A model generated the notes under the pieces. It had not been told where the DNA came from. It saw only the letters and a program-made list of their open reading frames with translations, and searched no databases. A DNA stretch of 64,000 bases, taken from NCBI GenBank assembly GCA_977020255.1, contig CDROCS010004943.1, forward strand, positions 310,001 to 374,000. Reading direction: 5' to 3'. The translations under genes and the position numbers were made by a program. Origin of the DNA: Obrimoposthia wandeli (lineage: Eukaryota). Positions 32,961 through 44,980 of the stretch are shown here, piece after piece. Within the stretch, counting starts at the first letter, position 1. Each line of letters opens with the position of its first letter.

Positions 32961-33290
32961 TGACCTGAAGGCATCGCGGTTTTATGGACGACCATTATCC
33001 CATACTTTAAAAACTTCAAGTCAAAACTCTGCCTGACACATTCATCTATGGACGGCCACAACCCTTGGATATGTTGGTCAACCTTAAGAAGGATGGAGAC
33101 TAGATCACTTGACCCCCCCTTCCCTCAATCATAACCTTTATGAGCCAAACCCTTATGGTGTGGCAAGACACCCTTATGGTGAGGCAACATATACCCTTAT
33201 GGTGTGAATCTCTTATGGTGAGGCAACATATACCCTTATGGTGTGAATCTCTTATGGTGTGACACCCTTATTTAACATTGTGTGCTCACA
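32960..33290. mobile_element. Polinton subfamily-1 right TIR, outermost ~40 bp missing
   Basis: ttatggacg repeats, gaaggatggagactagatcacttgaccc and a cccttatggtg array, colinear with about 55160-55460. Confidence 0.85.
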
Positions 33291-34439
33291 CAGGTATTTA
33301 ACACCCTACCTATGCGACCCCACGTTTAGGCAACTGAATCAAGTTACTTACAAAATCGAGAGAATTTCATTAAATCAGCACTGATCAAGCAATTTTAGAA
33401 AATAGAATAGAGTCAGATAAAAAACATATATTTTCAGATAATATTTGAGACTTAAAGGATAGGCCGTCCATAGAAGACCTTTTAAATCAAAATCATTGCC
33501 ATTTCACCAGAGGCTTCTTGCATAAGAACTCTGGTCCAAACATGAAGTCACTGATATGACTTTTCTTTGTAATATTTTCTCTGGCATGTATTAAACTCAT
33601 ATTTTCTTCAATATGGTCCATGTTACTTCTATGGCTTCAACCTTTTTCCCGTTTTATGTTATTTTAATCTAATCTAAATAGCTACTTAAAATAATTCATG
33701 TTAGATAAATCGTTTTGTTATATTGTTAGGATTAGGTTTTGTTAAAATTAAATAATTAAGCTGAATTTATACTAAAAAGAAAATCCTTGAGAACAAGGTT
33801 AGAATTAAAATAAATTAATATCCCGCTTGAAGGTCGTGTGTGAAATGCATTAATATATAAAGGTTAAGCACAAAAACAAAGCAACTGTAGAAGCAAGAAA
33901 GAAAAATTAATTAAGGTGATTAAATCCGTGACGTCAGCAGCCACGTCGAGTCAGCAAAAGTGCATTTAGTGCCAAATCAATTTATTTTCCACTAGAGATG
34001 AAGAAACTTAACGATCAACAGGTGAAAAAAGAAGACCTCTACCGAAACAGAACGGATTCATAAGGAATCAACTTAAGCCAGAAACAGCTGCTCAGTTCAA
34101 TAAAGAAATTCAATTTCCCTCCGGTCATGGTTTTGATTAGTTAAATTTAATATTGATTTTTTGTAGAATCGAACTGCGACCGATGAATCAAGTTACTTAC
34201 AAATGAGAGAAATTTCTGCCCATTCTGGCAAGGAGCTGAACTGCTTATACAAATCGGAAATTTCCAAGCACTTTACTAGAGAAATCGATCAGTTACCAAA
34301 ATCTTAAAAAAGTAACTTCGTCGTATTTCCTGAGATTGACCCATCTCGATTTAGTAATCAACTGCCCATTCACAACGGAGCAACTGTACGGCCAAAACTA
34401 TCGATCCATCTAACTTAGACAACTATAGGTAAGACGAGA

Positions 34440-35200
34440 AGTTATTTGAATCATAAAAATTGAACTAAATTATTTTGAATCATAAAATTGAACTACTATT
34501 TTGAATCGTAAAGAACTACTATTTTGAATCGTAAAAATTGAACCGCTAACTATTTTGAATCATAAAAATTGAACTAACTATTTTGAATCATAAAAAATTG
34601 AACTAACTGTTGTTTGAATCGCAGATTGAAGTGAATCGTTAAAAAGAATTTAAGTAAAATTTGAACCAACTATTTTGGAATCATAAAATTGAACTTACTA
34701 TTTTGAATCGTAAATTGAACCAACTATTTTGAACTAAATTGAACTACTATTTTGAACTCGTAAATTGAAACTTAAGCAACTATTTTGAATCATAAAATTT
34801 AATCCAACTATTTTGAATCATAAAATTGAACTAACTATTTTGAATCATAATTCGAATCCAATCATTTTAAATCATAAATTGAAACCTACTATTTTGAATC
34901 GCAAAATTGAACCAACCATTTTGAATCATAAAATTGAAGTAACTATTTCGGAATCATAAAATTGAACTACTATTTTGAATCTGTAAATTGAACCAACTAT
35001 TTTGAATCATAAAATTGAACTAACTATTTTGAATCATAAAAAATTGAACTACTTTTGGCTTCGAACGTAAAATCGTCCTGACTATTTTGAATCGTAAAAT
35101 TGAACTAACTATTTTGAATCATAAAATGAACTAACTATTTTGAACTACAAAATTGAAACTAACTGTTTGAAATCGAAAAAGTTAAATATTGGAATCATAA
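34440..35200. repeat. Minisatellite, ~27-28 bp unit aaaattgaactaactattttgaatcat
   Basis: More than 20 head-to-tail diverged units with no unique spacers. Confidence 0.92.
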
Positions 35201-35207
35201 AGTTGGG

Positions 35208-35760
35208 TGTTAAATATATTATAAGTTTGATTCGTTGCGGAAGTTGATTTCGCTGATAATTCAAATCGAGAAAAGTATAGTCACAGTTAGAGTAAGCTTA
35301 ATTCCATCTAAAATCAACTCCATACTTTTAGAGCAAATCGGCCCCATAAAATCTGTAACTTGAGCTTACCCACGATTTAGAGGAAGGACTCTAAGAAATT
35401 AACCAACCTTAAATATTAAAATCATACGTGGTTCATCCCCCACTTGTGTAGAGACTTTTCACAGAAGTCTTAGGAATTTTTACTGTAACTTTTAGAAAAT
35501 ACGTACGCGTAAACGTATTGTTGTATTAAATCTAGTGTGTTAACAATAAACGATTTCCTACATTAGAAAGTGTTGTTTTAAACCCTTCAGATTATTAAGA
35601 GACATCAAAACAAACACCTTCGGATAAAGCAATTGGAGATAGGCAACCATAACATTGGCAGGCCACTTAATCAACTTTAAGACCTGCTTCTATTAGAACT
35701 CACGTTGGGGCCCTCCACATTCAAGAGGATCTATATCAGTTTCATATAGAAACCCCAACA
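35208..35760 (+). mobile_element. Possible LTR (TG...CA) following a tandem array
   Basis: Begins TGTT after gttggg and ends ccccaaCA. The last ~60 bp are shared with about 46520-46579. No TSD or PBS confirmed. Confidence 0.3.
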
Positions 35761-36099
35761 ATATAATTAAATTAAATATAGAGGGTGCTCGATCTTCTTG
35801 CAGATTTTTTGTTTTATCATATTATTTAATTATTTATCAAAATTAAACAAACACAGGACATGTAAATCACAAACCTGCAAACAAGTGACACAAAGGTCAA
35901 TTTGTTCACGAGTTAAGTTTAACTGAAAGGAAAAATCATGGAATATCGCGATTTTACGAATAACAAAAAGGCTTCGATTGTGTGTTATGCGGTCAAATTT
36001 AGTCGTGAAGTAAAAGTTTCACAAATTGGCTTCTAGCTCTCATCGAAGCAAGCGATTCTTGATTCCCTTTCAGTAGCTCCAAGAAGCAGAATTAACATT

Positions 36100-36620
36100 C
36101 ACGGTACTCGAAGAATTTCAGATGAGAGTAACATATCACAAAGAAATGTTTCCCAAGAAGCTGACATTTCTGCATCATCTATCTGAGATGACCTAAAGCC
36201 TAGAAAATTCGCGATTGTTAAAAGATGATCCTCCTAGCACCAATAGTTATAATTACTTTATCTATACTCATGGAAATTTGCATGAAAATGAGGAAGAACC
36301 ACAAAATTACAATTGACAACATGTTAGGCTCCTAAGAGGTGAATTTCATATCATGTAATGAAGGAGACAGCTAATTGTCAGAGCTACGAGGATATTTTGT
36401 TCATCAAGGTGCTTTCTGTTGTAAATGAGAAACGAAAGCGAATGCGTATTTACCAGCAAGTTGGAACAGTCAAATGCAATCTAAAATTACAGCATACTAA
36501 TTGTGGCATTGGTCACTCTGAGTCGATTCCCTGGCCCCACAAAGCTTACTTTGACAGTGGGTGATTTCTGGCTATGAAGGGAGTTACGAGATAAAATCTA
36601 CAAGGACATACGTTATCGAA
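36100..36620 (+). pseudogene. Tc1/mariner-superfamily transposase remnant
   Basis: IYQQVG (FQQDG motif), IPWP, frameshift, then LTVGDFWL*RELRDKIY (WPPRSPDLTPLDFFLWGYLKDKVY motif). Confidence 0.65.
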
Positions 36621-37268
36621 ATCATTATATTCTTTAAACAAAAAATACGAAAGATTGTTTCGCAAAGATTTTGCATAAAATATTTTAGTATTTAATTAGT
36701 TTTTTCACGTATTCGTTTCAGCTTTCCATATTATTTAAAAAATTCATTTTTTCTCAATTTAGAATTTAAAAAGAAAATTCTAAAATATTTCCAAATATTT
36801 GTTTGGGAGTTAAACCAGTTTCATTTACATAAATTTACCTGCTGGAACACAGCCATGTGTTAGTCATGTTACCAGGGCAAGGTGGGCACTGCTGTTATAG
36901 TAAAAAAAAGATTCCTAGAAAATTCTTCATTCAATCATATCACAGTTTAGCTACAACTTGTAAAGTTCCCTTTCTTTTTCACCACTTAACACCGAAATAG
37001 CCTCAGCGGCAGCACTAACAGCAACTGAAGCCGACAAGGATTACTCAGTTGAATTTGTCAGTAATTAGAAAAGTTGCAGACCAAATGAGACAAAGAATCG
37101 ATCAGTGGCTGGATGAAGAAGTTTAGGTGGATAATATGGCAATGAAATCAATTTACAAGTTTTCTGTGGTGGCTGATGAAAGTGCATTCGAGAACACAAT
37201 TTTTGTTGATGGACGTATTTGAAGATTGAGTCTGATAAACGAAGCGGGCGTGGAGATGAGGAAGCATT

Positions 37269-37712
37269 TCACTCAACAAGCAGCATCGCCGAGAAGCCTA
37301 ACAAAAGAGCGGAAATCAATAATCGATAAACTCCCACATTGGCAGCGAGTTTTTTCTGCGATTGTCTGCTGTTGAGAGCGACGATATCTTGCTCCATTAG
37401 GGTTCTGTCTGGAGAAGATGACGACGACGAGGAGGACGTGCCTCCCGAGTCCTGGTAGCGCTGCTGTCGCTGACGGAGATAGTAGTTACTGTTGAGGTAG
37501 TTGTTCAGCATGTGATCATACTGGTAGTGACAGTTAGCAGGCAGGATCTCCTTAAAGTAGTTGAGGATGAGCCGCACCGCGTTGGGTGGGCACTGCATGT
37601 GCAGCACGTCGTATAGACACTTCAGTTGCCGTTTCAGGCCTCTGCGCGGATACAATAGGCATTTTATGATCATTACAACACCAACAACACATATATAATG
37701 GAGAATAACCAT
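37269..37712 (-). CDS. GC-rich ORF of unknown family with C-terminal hydrophobic tail
   Basis: 147-aa ORF with C/G-ending codons from about 37660 downward and a possible acceptor cgcag|AG. Contains a poly-Ser tract and ends LISALLLGFSAMLLVE*. Confidence 0.45.
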   Translation of the reverse strand: MVILHYICVVGVVMIIKCLLYPRRGLKRQLKCLYDVLHMQCPPNAVRLILNYFKEILPANCHYQYDHMLNNYLNSNYYLRQRQQRYQDSGGTSSSSSSSSPDRTLMEQDIVALNSRQSQKKLAANVGVYRLLISALLLGFSAMLLVE

Positions 37713-39921
37713 TATTTACTTAACCATTATTATACAATAACTAAATCTTTTACACAAACGAATTTCTCGGAATAAACGTATTTCAAAATTGTGTTCATTG
37801 ACGAAATCCTGGCCTTTCTCACTAATTGAATACCTTTTTCTACAACAATAATTCATGATATAAGAGGATCAAGGGAACTCCGATTTAGTAGCTGGTTCCC
37901 TCTGAAATTTACCTCTTATAACATTAAATGAGTACGATGTGTGGCTTTCTTCATTTTTATATGGGTTGAAATTCTTTCATTGCGAAAAGCATAAATGTAC
38001 ATCCAAATCTTTGAGTTTGTGACAAGGAGCAATTTTCAGTTGTTTGTTTTCATTTTTTTTGTTTTTCAAATACTGATTATCGAAAATTATTACTTTTCAG
38101 ACCGACTTTTGTTATCTAATTTATGTAAACTGGTTTCCTTTGATGACGGGACTTTTCAACGCTCTTCTTAGTGCATGGATATATCTGTAGATTTCTCTGC
38201 TAAGTCGATAAAGACCTGTCGAAACTCAACGATGATAATCTTCAAACATCACCTATACTAAATTAACAATAAATTTGTAAATCTGAATGAACTTGATGTA
38301 GACACAGAAACTTTCAAATCAATGACGACACCTCAAATTATCGGTATTTTAACGTATGCGCACACAGACCCACACAAAGAAGGTATTGTATGTGATGTAG
38401 CCTGTATTTTTATTATAGAAAAATATATTTCAACTGACGGTGACAATTAAAGTGAACAGTAAAATAATTTTTCAAGAAATTAATGTTTTAGGGACTTAAA
38501 ATAATGTTACACTGTAATTTGTTTAGTTTCTAAAAATTACTATTTTTAAGATAGATGTATTCTTAAAGGTGATAATGAAGCTATTTCATATTTAATTTAA
38601 ACGAAATTTATATGAAAATTATGATAATTTCGATATTAATGATGAAAATAATCCTGAATATGCTGATATTTATGAAACATTGTGGAATTCAAAATATGTT
38701 TCAACAATAAATTGTTTAACATAAAATAATAAAATAAGTTTATAAGTTTTTCTTTTAATGTAGTTTAATAAATTTTGACGATATTTTTAACATTTTTGTA
38801 TTATACATTTTACCTTCGTAGATAATAATGTATAAAAAATCCAATGTCGACTTGATTGATATCACCAATGAGATAAGTCAGGTGTGGAGCATTCTATGGG
38901 AAATTTTAGTTGATTTCACAAATAATTTTCATCAATAACTATAGATAATTAAAGTAATGTTGTCAGAAAATGTCGCTTTTTTGCTTCAAAATATCAAACG
39001 GGATTAGCAGGATAATGCTACGGAAAATAAGATACTATTATAATGAAAATATTACTTTTCAAAACAGATAAAATTTAACCTTTTTTACTTTAAAACAAAT
39101 ATTATGTCAGCAATTTGAAATTTTATGTGACTTTCCATGTTGGGAAAGTGCATCTACGTCAAACAGTTTTGCCAACCCTTCTATTTAGACGAACAACTGA
39201 ATATAGCACCATATTTTCAAAAAAGTGTTTAAATGATTTTTATGAATTTTTAATAAATTAACAAAATACATTAAGTAGTTCATGTATTTCTTATTTTTGT
39301 TTTAAAACGACAGTTCTTGTGTTCTTAAGGCAGCAGAAGCGTGGTTCCCAGATTACGAACGAAAACAGACCGTGTATCTATATTGCCCTACTGACAAGAC
39401 CGAGGTAAAAGCCTAATTAAACAAGAGATTATGAGTGTTACTTAACTGTTGAATGTGAAATAATAAGAAGTCTCTCATAATGAGTTTACTATTAATTGTG
39501 CGTTGCAACTACTTGAGACTTCGCGTTTATGTTAAATAGTACAAAAACGCTTTGTCAGCAAAACTTTCCTCGGTTTTCATCTCACCAAAGCTTCTTTAAT
39601 GATCTTAATGAGATATTTTTTAATTAAAACTACTCCTGTTTTTTTAATTGTATATATACAGGGGTACGCAAAAGTATCTTTACTCTGTTGTTATATGATG
39701 ATGATTTAGTGATGATGTAATGGTGAAATAATCTTCTTTTTGCCTATATGTATTATTAAACGAATATGAAGTGATCGATCCTAAACTGCATTTTAGACTT
39801 ATTAATGTCAATTCCTCTTAATTTATGTCAAACTACTTACAAAACATTCTTGTAAATTATTCAGAAACAATTTTATGTTTACCAGTTTGTGGGTGCAGTA
39901 TTATATGTGTAGTTCATTTAT

Positions 39922-41121
39922 AGTAGGTGGATGTGTCCGGTCTAATCCACACCCCCTCCCCCCACTGTCCTTTAAAATCGTGCATGTGTGTGGAGTGAAA
40001 ATTCGTGCATGTGTTTTGAGTAAAATTTCGTGTATGTGTGTGAAGTGAAATTTTCTAACCCCCCGGGGGGTACCACTGTTCTTTAGAACCATGCATGTGT
40101 GTGGAGTGAAAATTCGTGCATGTGTGTGGAGTGAAATTTTGTGTGTGTAGGGGAAAAATTGAAAAAGCATTGAATAAGAGCTTCCTCCACCCATATTTTT
40201 TATTTTACTTTGAAATTTATCTCAAAAGTGGTTAGAGAAGACCACGGGAATCCATATTGACCCCGGCGGCTTATCGCAGACAAGATTTCAAATATATTAC
40301 TACATGTTAAATATTTAGGTCAGAGAGAAAAATTAGATCACTATATAATTTAGAGGAGAAAAAACAAAATATGGCGTCGAGGTTTCTTAACCGTCGCTTG
40401 TTTCCTATCGACGAGTAGTCTGAGAGTTGCCTCCTCCCAAATTTCCTCTACCAATTCGGCTTCCTATGTGAATAATTAAAATTATTAACTTATTTATAAT
40501 AATTTACCTCAAATTGATCCGGAGTCGGTAGGTATCTCTGCTCACTCCTGGGATCATCCTGGCTACATTGACTCGCCAAGTACTGCGGTTCAATCAGCCT
40601 CTCCGCCGTGGTCACTGACGGTGCCAAATCCAGTTGAAGTTTCTAAAAATGAAATTAAAAAACATTTTAAATAAATTAATAGACTAACCTCATTCGTCGC
40701 CTTTATTCTCCTAACAGGACGTATCGGAGATTGCGGTCTTTTGAACGGATCAGGCACCGTATTGTCGGCTATTGGAGTTGGTGTTGCAGAGGGAGTGAGA
40801 CCATCCCAATCATCGGCGACCAGTATATATATGTATGGATATAAATTCTTATAAGGAAAATTTTTTCGCGACCCTGTATATGTATTGCTCGTTAAACCAC
40901 CGCGGGCCCGGAGGGCACGTTTTGGCTCACTAGACGGCCTCTCAGGACCTTCCTCACTTTTTTGGGAGCACTTTGAGATTTTCAATTTTAAAGGGTGTTA
41001 TATGGGGTTAATTAGTTTTTTTCAGTGTTGGGATAAAGAAAATTTCACTCCACACACATGCTCAGTTTTAAAGGAGAGTGGGGGGAGGGGGTGTGGATTA
41101 GACCGGACACATCTACCTACT
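39922..41121. mobile_element. Complete 1.2-kb non-autonomous Polinton (subfamily 2) with TIRs and 6-bp TSD
   Basis: TIRs of about 85 bp (AGTAGGTGGATGTGTCCGGTCTAATCC and its reverse complement). TSD ATTTAT at 39916-39921 and 41122-41127. Confidence 0.93.
40370..40818 (-). pseudogene. 3' half of gene X with both introns intact
   Basis: Introns 40643-40688 and 40464-40507, both phase 0, around a 135-nt exon. Spliced product reads ...RIKATNE|KLQLDL...TPDQFE|EAELVEEIWEEATLR. Confidence 0.8.
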
Positions 41122-41989
41122 ATTTATGTGTTGAACCAATTAATTTAAACAATTAGAATTTATCTTGTAACATAAATACAATTCACTTTAGATTTTCTGA
41201 TAAACATTTACGATTTTGAAAATATCTATACTACAAAGTTGAGGAGCTACAAAAGTTCTTTAAACTACCATTTCAAGATAAAGAGGTACTTTGAGAAAAT
41301 TTTGACCTGGTAGTATAAACAAAATAATACATTTAATTTTGTTTCCCTGGTTTCCTTCCGATAATGTAGGACAGTTTAACTCGCGCCAGGTCATGGCAAC
41401 ATTAAATTATATAAGTCTGTAATATCATTTGAATTCTCATGTACATTAAAACAAAGGTTGTTTAACAGGATAATATCTGTCTGAACTCAAAATGAAATGA
41501 AATTAAATAAGTTATATAAATTTTAAAAATTAATTAAAGAATTTAGAAATTATTTTAATTATAACGACTGTGAAATCACTTTTTTAAATGAAAATGATTA
41601 TTGATGAAATATAAATATCAGTGGTTTTTAAGGTGGGTTCTTTGAAGGAGTGTTTAGATTCCGTGTGAAGAGTTCAGAGTATTAAATTTTTAGCGTGACA
41701 AATTCTCAAAATTGATAAATAATTTCAATAAAATAATTTTTCAATTACCAAATAAAGGTTGTATGTAATTAAACAGGAATATTTTATTGTAAAATTAAAT
41801 ATTTTCAATTAACATTTAATTTTATTATCATATGACATTTTTAATATTTAAATAGACTGTCGGTTATTACTTTTTGTAACTTCACAAATTTTACAGATTT
41901 TATTAACTTATTTGATCAAGTGGGATTACTATCAAAATCGATTTATTGAGTTTTAAACTATGTAATTATTTTACCTATTATTTTAACCT

Positions 41990-42288
41990 ATTTTTCCGAA
42001 AATTCCTGTTTAATGCATAAAAATATTTGTGAAAAATAACTGAACATCTTCAGAAATTTCAAGAAAACTCTTTCAAGTATGTGTTCCATAAGACTAGACT
42101 AATAAAAATTCAATCAAAAATCCATGTCAAGTGACGAATTTCCAACTATTGCAAAACAATCAATATGGACATTTCTGACATTCCTCACTACATACTTTTG
42201 TGGGACTGGTTTCTCATATTACACAGCCACAAAGACGGAATACAGAAATATATGTAAAGCTGCCCTTAAAATGATACACTCGTCGTAA
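41990..42288 (+). pseudogene. hAT (Buster/Charlie-like) transposase C-terminal dimerisation domain remnant
   Basis: DEFPTIAKQSI..FLTTYFCGTGFSYYTATKTEYRN (F.TTYLCE.GFS...KTKYRN motif). Confidence 0.75.
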
Positions 42289-44894
42289 CTTACTAAATTG
42301 AATATAGAAAGTTACTAGATAAATTATGGCTTAATAGTCTAACTTACTGTACAAAATGTCACCCGGCAATTGATCCAAATTGCAATCTGAAACCTGTTAG
42401 TAGTTACAAAAAAAATTACTAGGTAGAAAAACAGGTAAATTAAAATTGCACGCACACTTACACAAAATTCTAAAATCAAAATCCAATTAAACACAGAGTA
42501 AGACACACAATTTTAGAATTTTAATAGATGAATTTATAGTTTAATAGATTGATTGTAAATATTAAAAACAATTTAAATTGAAAATTAGAAACTTTTTACG
42601 ACAGATTTCTATGTCTAGATTTGATAACCTTTTATTCTGGGACTATAAAACAACAATAATTGTTAAGAAAATTGAAATAGAAAATTTGGAGAAATTCAGT
42701 GATTTTAACAGTCTTCCAAGAGTCTTCTAAAATGAGAATTTTTGCTAATAATTTATCAAATAAATGTTTTACATACTTTATAATTTTAAATCCGTTTCAT
42801 CAGGCTTTAAATTCGACTAAAAATAGCTATTTTCAAAATTTATCACTTACTAAGTTTCTTTATTCAACTTAGTAAGTTACACAGTGTATTAAGAATCAAA
42901 AGCAATGTTTTCATTAAATGTTACTAAGTCATTAGAATAACACGACGAAATCAAATGAATAATATTTCCATTTCATGCGTTACGTACTTGTGACAAATAT
43001 TTAAAAATATATATATTAGAGCTTTTTATATATTTATTATTTATTAAGGTAAATGCGTTTATATTTACTAATACTAGCCAAAGAAAATCGAAACCAAAAA
43101 TGGTTCCACGTCAGAAAAGTTTCAGAAACCCAGATCGATATGAAAGAAACAAGACAGTTGAAATGAAAGAAAATAAAACTGAGACCATGTTATTTTAATT
43201 TATGAATAATAGAAGCCAACTAAAGTAACAAATAGTTTCATACTTGCCAGTGAGAATATTGTTAAGACCTATCAAATTAATACAGTGATAAGAACATGTA
43301 ACAGTCATAAAATGGTTTATGAATATTCATGAGTTTACCACACCCAGACTTACACACTTTAAAAATTCTTCATTTCAATAATTTTCAGTAAAATTCCAGC
43401 TTATCAATTAAATTGTTTGTCAAAAATGTTAAAACAAAAGCGCCAGAGTAATATTAAAATTAACAAAAAGTGCTAGTACAAGTGATCATATAATGAAGCT
43501 CTAATGGCGACCATTTAATGCCAGAATTGAATTCAAGATTCCAATTATTATTTAAATATGTATTTTCTCATAAAAGCAAAAAAATTAAGTTTACATAATT
43601 TTAAAAGAAAGTTATGCTTTAAATTAAACTCTAAAATTTAGTAACAGTAAACTTACTATTAGTCCCAAAAAATGCAAGATTAACAGCATTTCAACTAACT
43701 TCTTCTTTTCTTTCTAAGTTAAATACTCAAATATTAAACATTACAATTTAAACGAAAATTTGTTTTTGTGTCTGAATTTTTAACAATTTATGAAATACTG
43801 ATAAAAAAAACCCGGGCTATACGACCATGCTATACGCCTTCTTCTCTTTTAACAAACAATTTGAGCAGTTTAAAATTTTTGTCATTTGCAAATACAATTC
43901 ACTATGCACTTTTTCTTTTCGATAATATTCCGAGATAACGAATCCTGATTATTTCATTATGATATGCTGGAGTTTCTTGTCGATTTTCCGAAATCAGATT
44001 AGTTTATGAAAATACATTGATCATTGTTCAGGAATCTTCATAAAATTCACAATGCAAGTGAATAAGTGACAGTCTGTACAATTATAATTTATTCAGTTCC
44101 TCGCGATGATAACGTAATTAAACCTGGTTCAATTAGAATTCAGGAATTTATAATTCAATTCCACAAATCAGCAGTTAAATCCATTGATTACATTAAGATT
44201 GATTATACTTCATTTCGAATGACAACTCCGTATTTAACACAATTTTAATACTTGTGAGATTTAGTGTAGTATATAAAATTTACTTAATCCAAATTAAATC
44301 TAGAAATAGTTAATATTAATTGTATTGATTTTGTATTGAATTTCGTTTTAAATTTTATTTCATCGTTGTTTTATATTTCTCTTATTATTTCATAATTATA
44401 ACTAGTCATTTTAATTTGTTCAATATTGGTTTTGTCAAAAAGTCCGGAAACGTTTAAATGAAAACAACAAATAAGAATGAAGATTAGAAATGGCTAATGC
44501 AAATACAAAAAGTTCCATTTATATTTTCTTAATTATTATTTCAATTAATGTTTCCTCTATAACCCATATAAAGTCTATAATCAGTCTTTTTTATCATAAT
44601 TCTCATACATTTGCAATAGTTATTCCTTTAAATAAATCAGGAATTAAAAATTATATTTTATGCATTTTTATTATTCGAAAGAGTGAGAAGATTATGTGAT
44701 CATGTTCAACTGACAGCAAAAAAATACATTCATTTCAAAACAGTTTATATTTCATATTATTCTTTCTTGTGAATACTTTTTTCTGTTCTAATTTTCCACA
44801 TTCAAACGATTGACAGGTTCTTGGTGCAATTGATTTCATTATAGTTATAAATTATTCAAACATGATACTGTCATGACAATATGACTGTAAGGAG

Positions 44895-44980
44895 AAAGTC
44901 GATGTGTCTGGTTTAATCTACTCCCTTTCTAGGGAGACATACATATGTCCTTTAAAACCATGTGAGACATACATGCACTT
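44895..44980. mobile_element. Degenerate subfamily-2 TIR fragment
   Basis: gatgtgtctggtttaatc...cctttaaaaccatg resembles 39930-39985. Confidence 0.5.

Noticed and set aside
33480-33640. BEL/Pao remnant (minus strand DFMFGPEFLCKKPLVKW)
   Set aside because: Single short motif (W..GP.FL...WP-like) with no supporting RT or integrase sequence.
34440-35200. CRISPR-like array
   Set aside because: Head-to-tail diverged units without unique spacers, no cas genes, and a eukaryotic context. It is a minisatellite.
39901-40194. ORFs over terminal repeats (also 40885-41148, 54818-55027, 55278-55484, 17691-17876)
   Set aside because: They are translations of TIR and subterminal tandem repeats.
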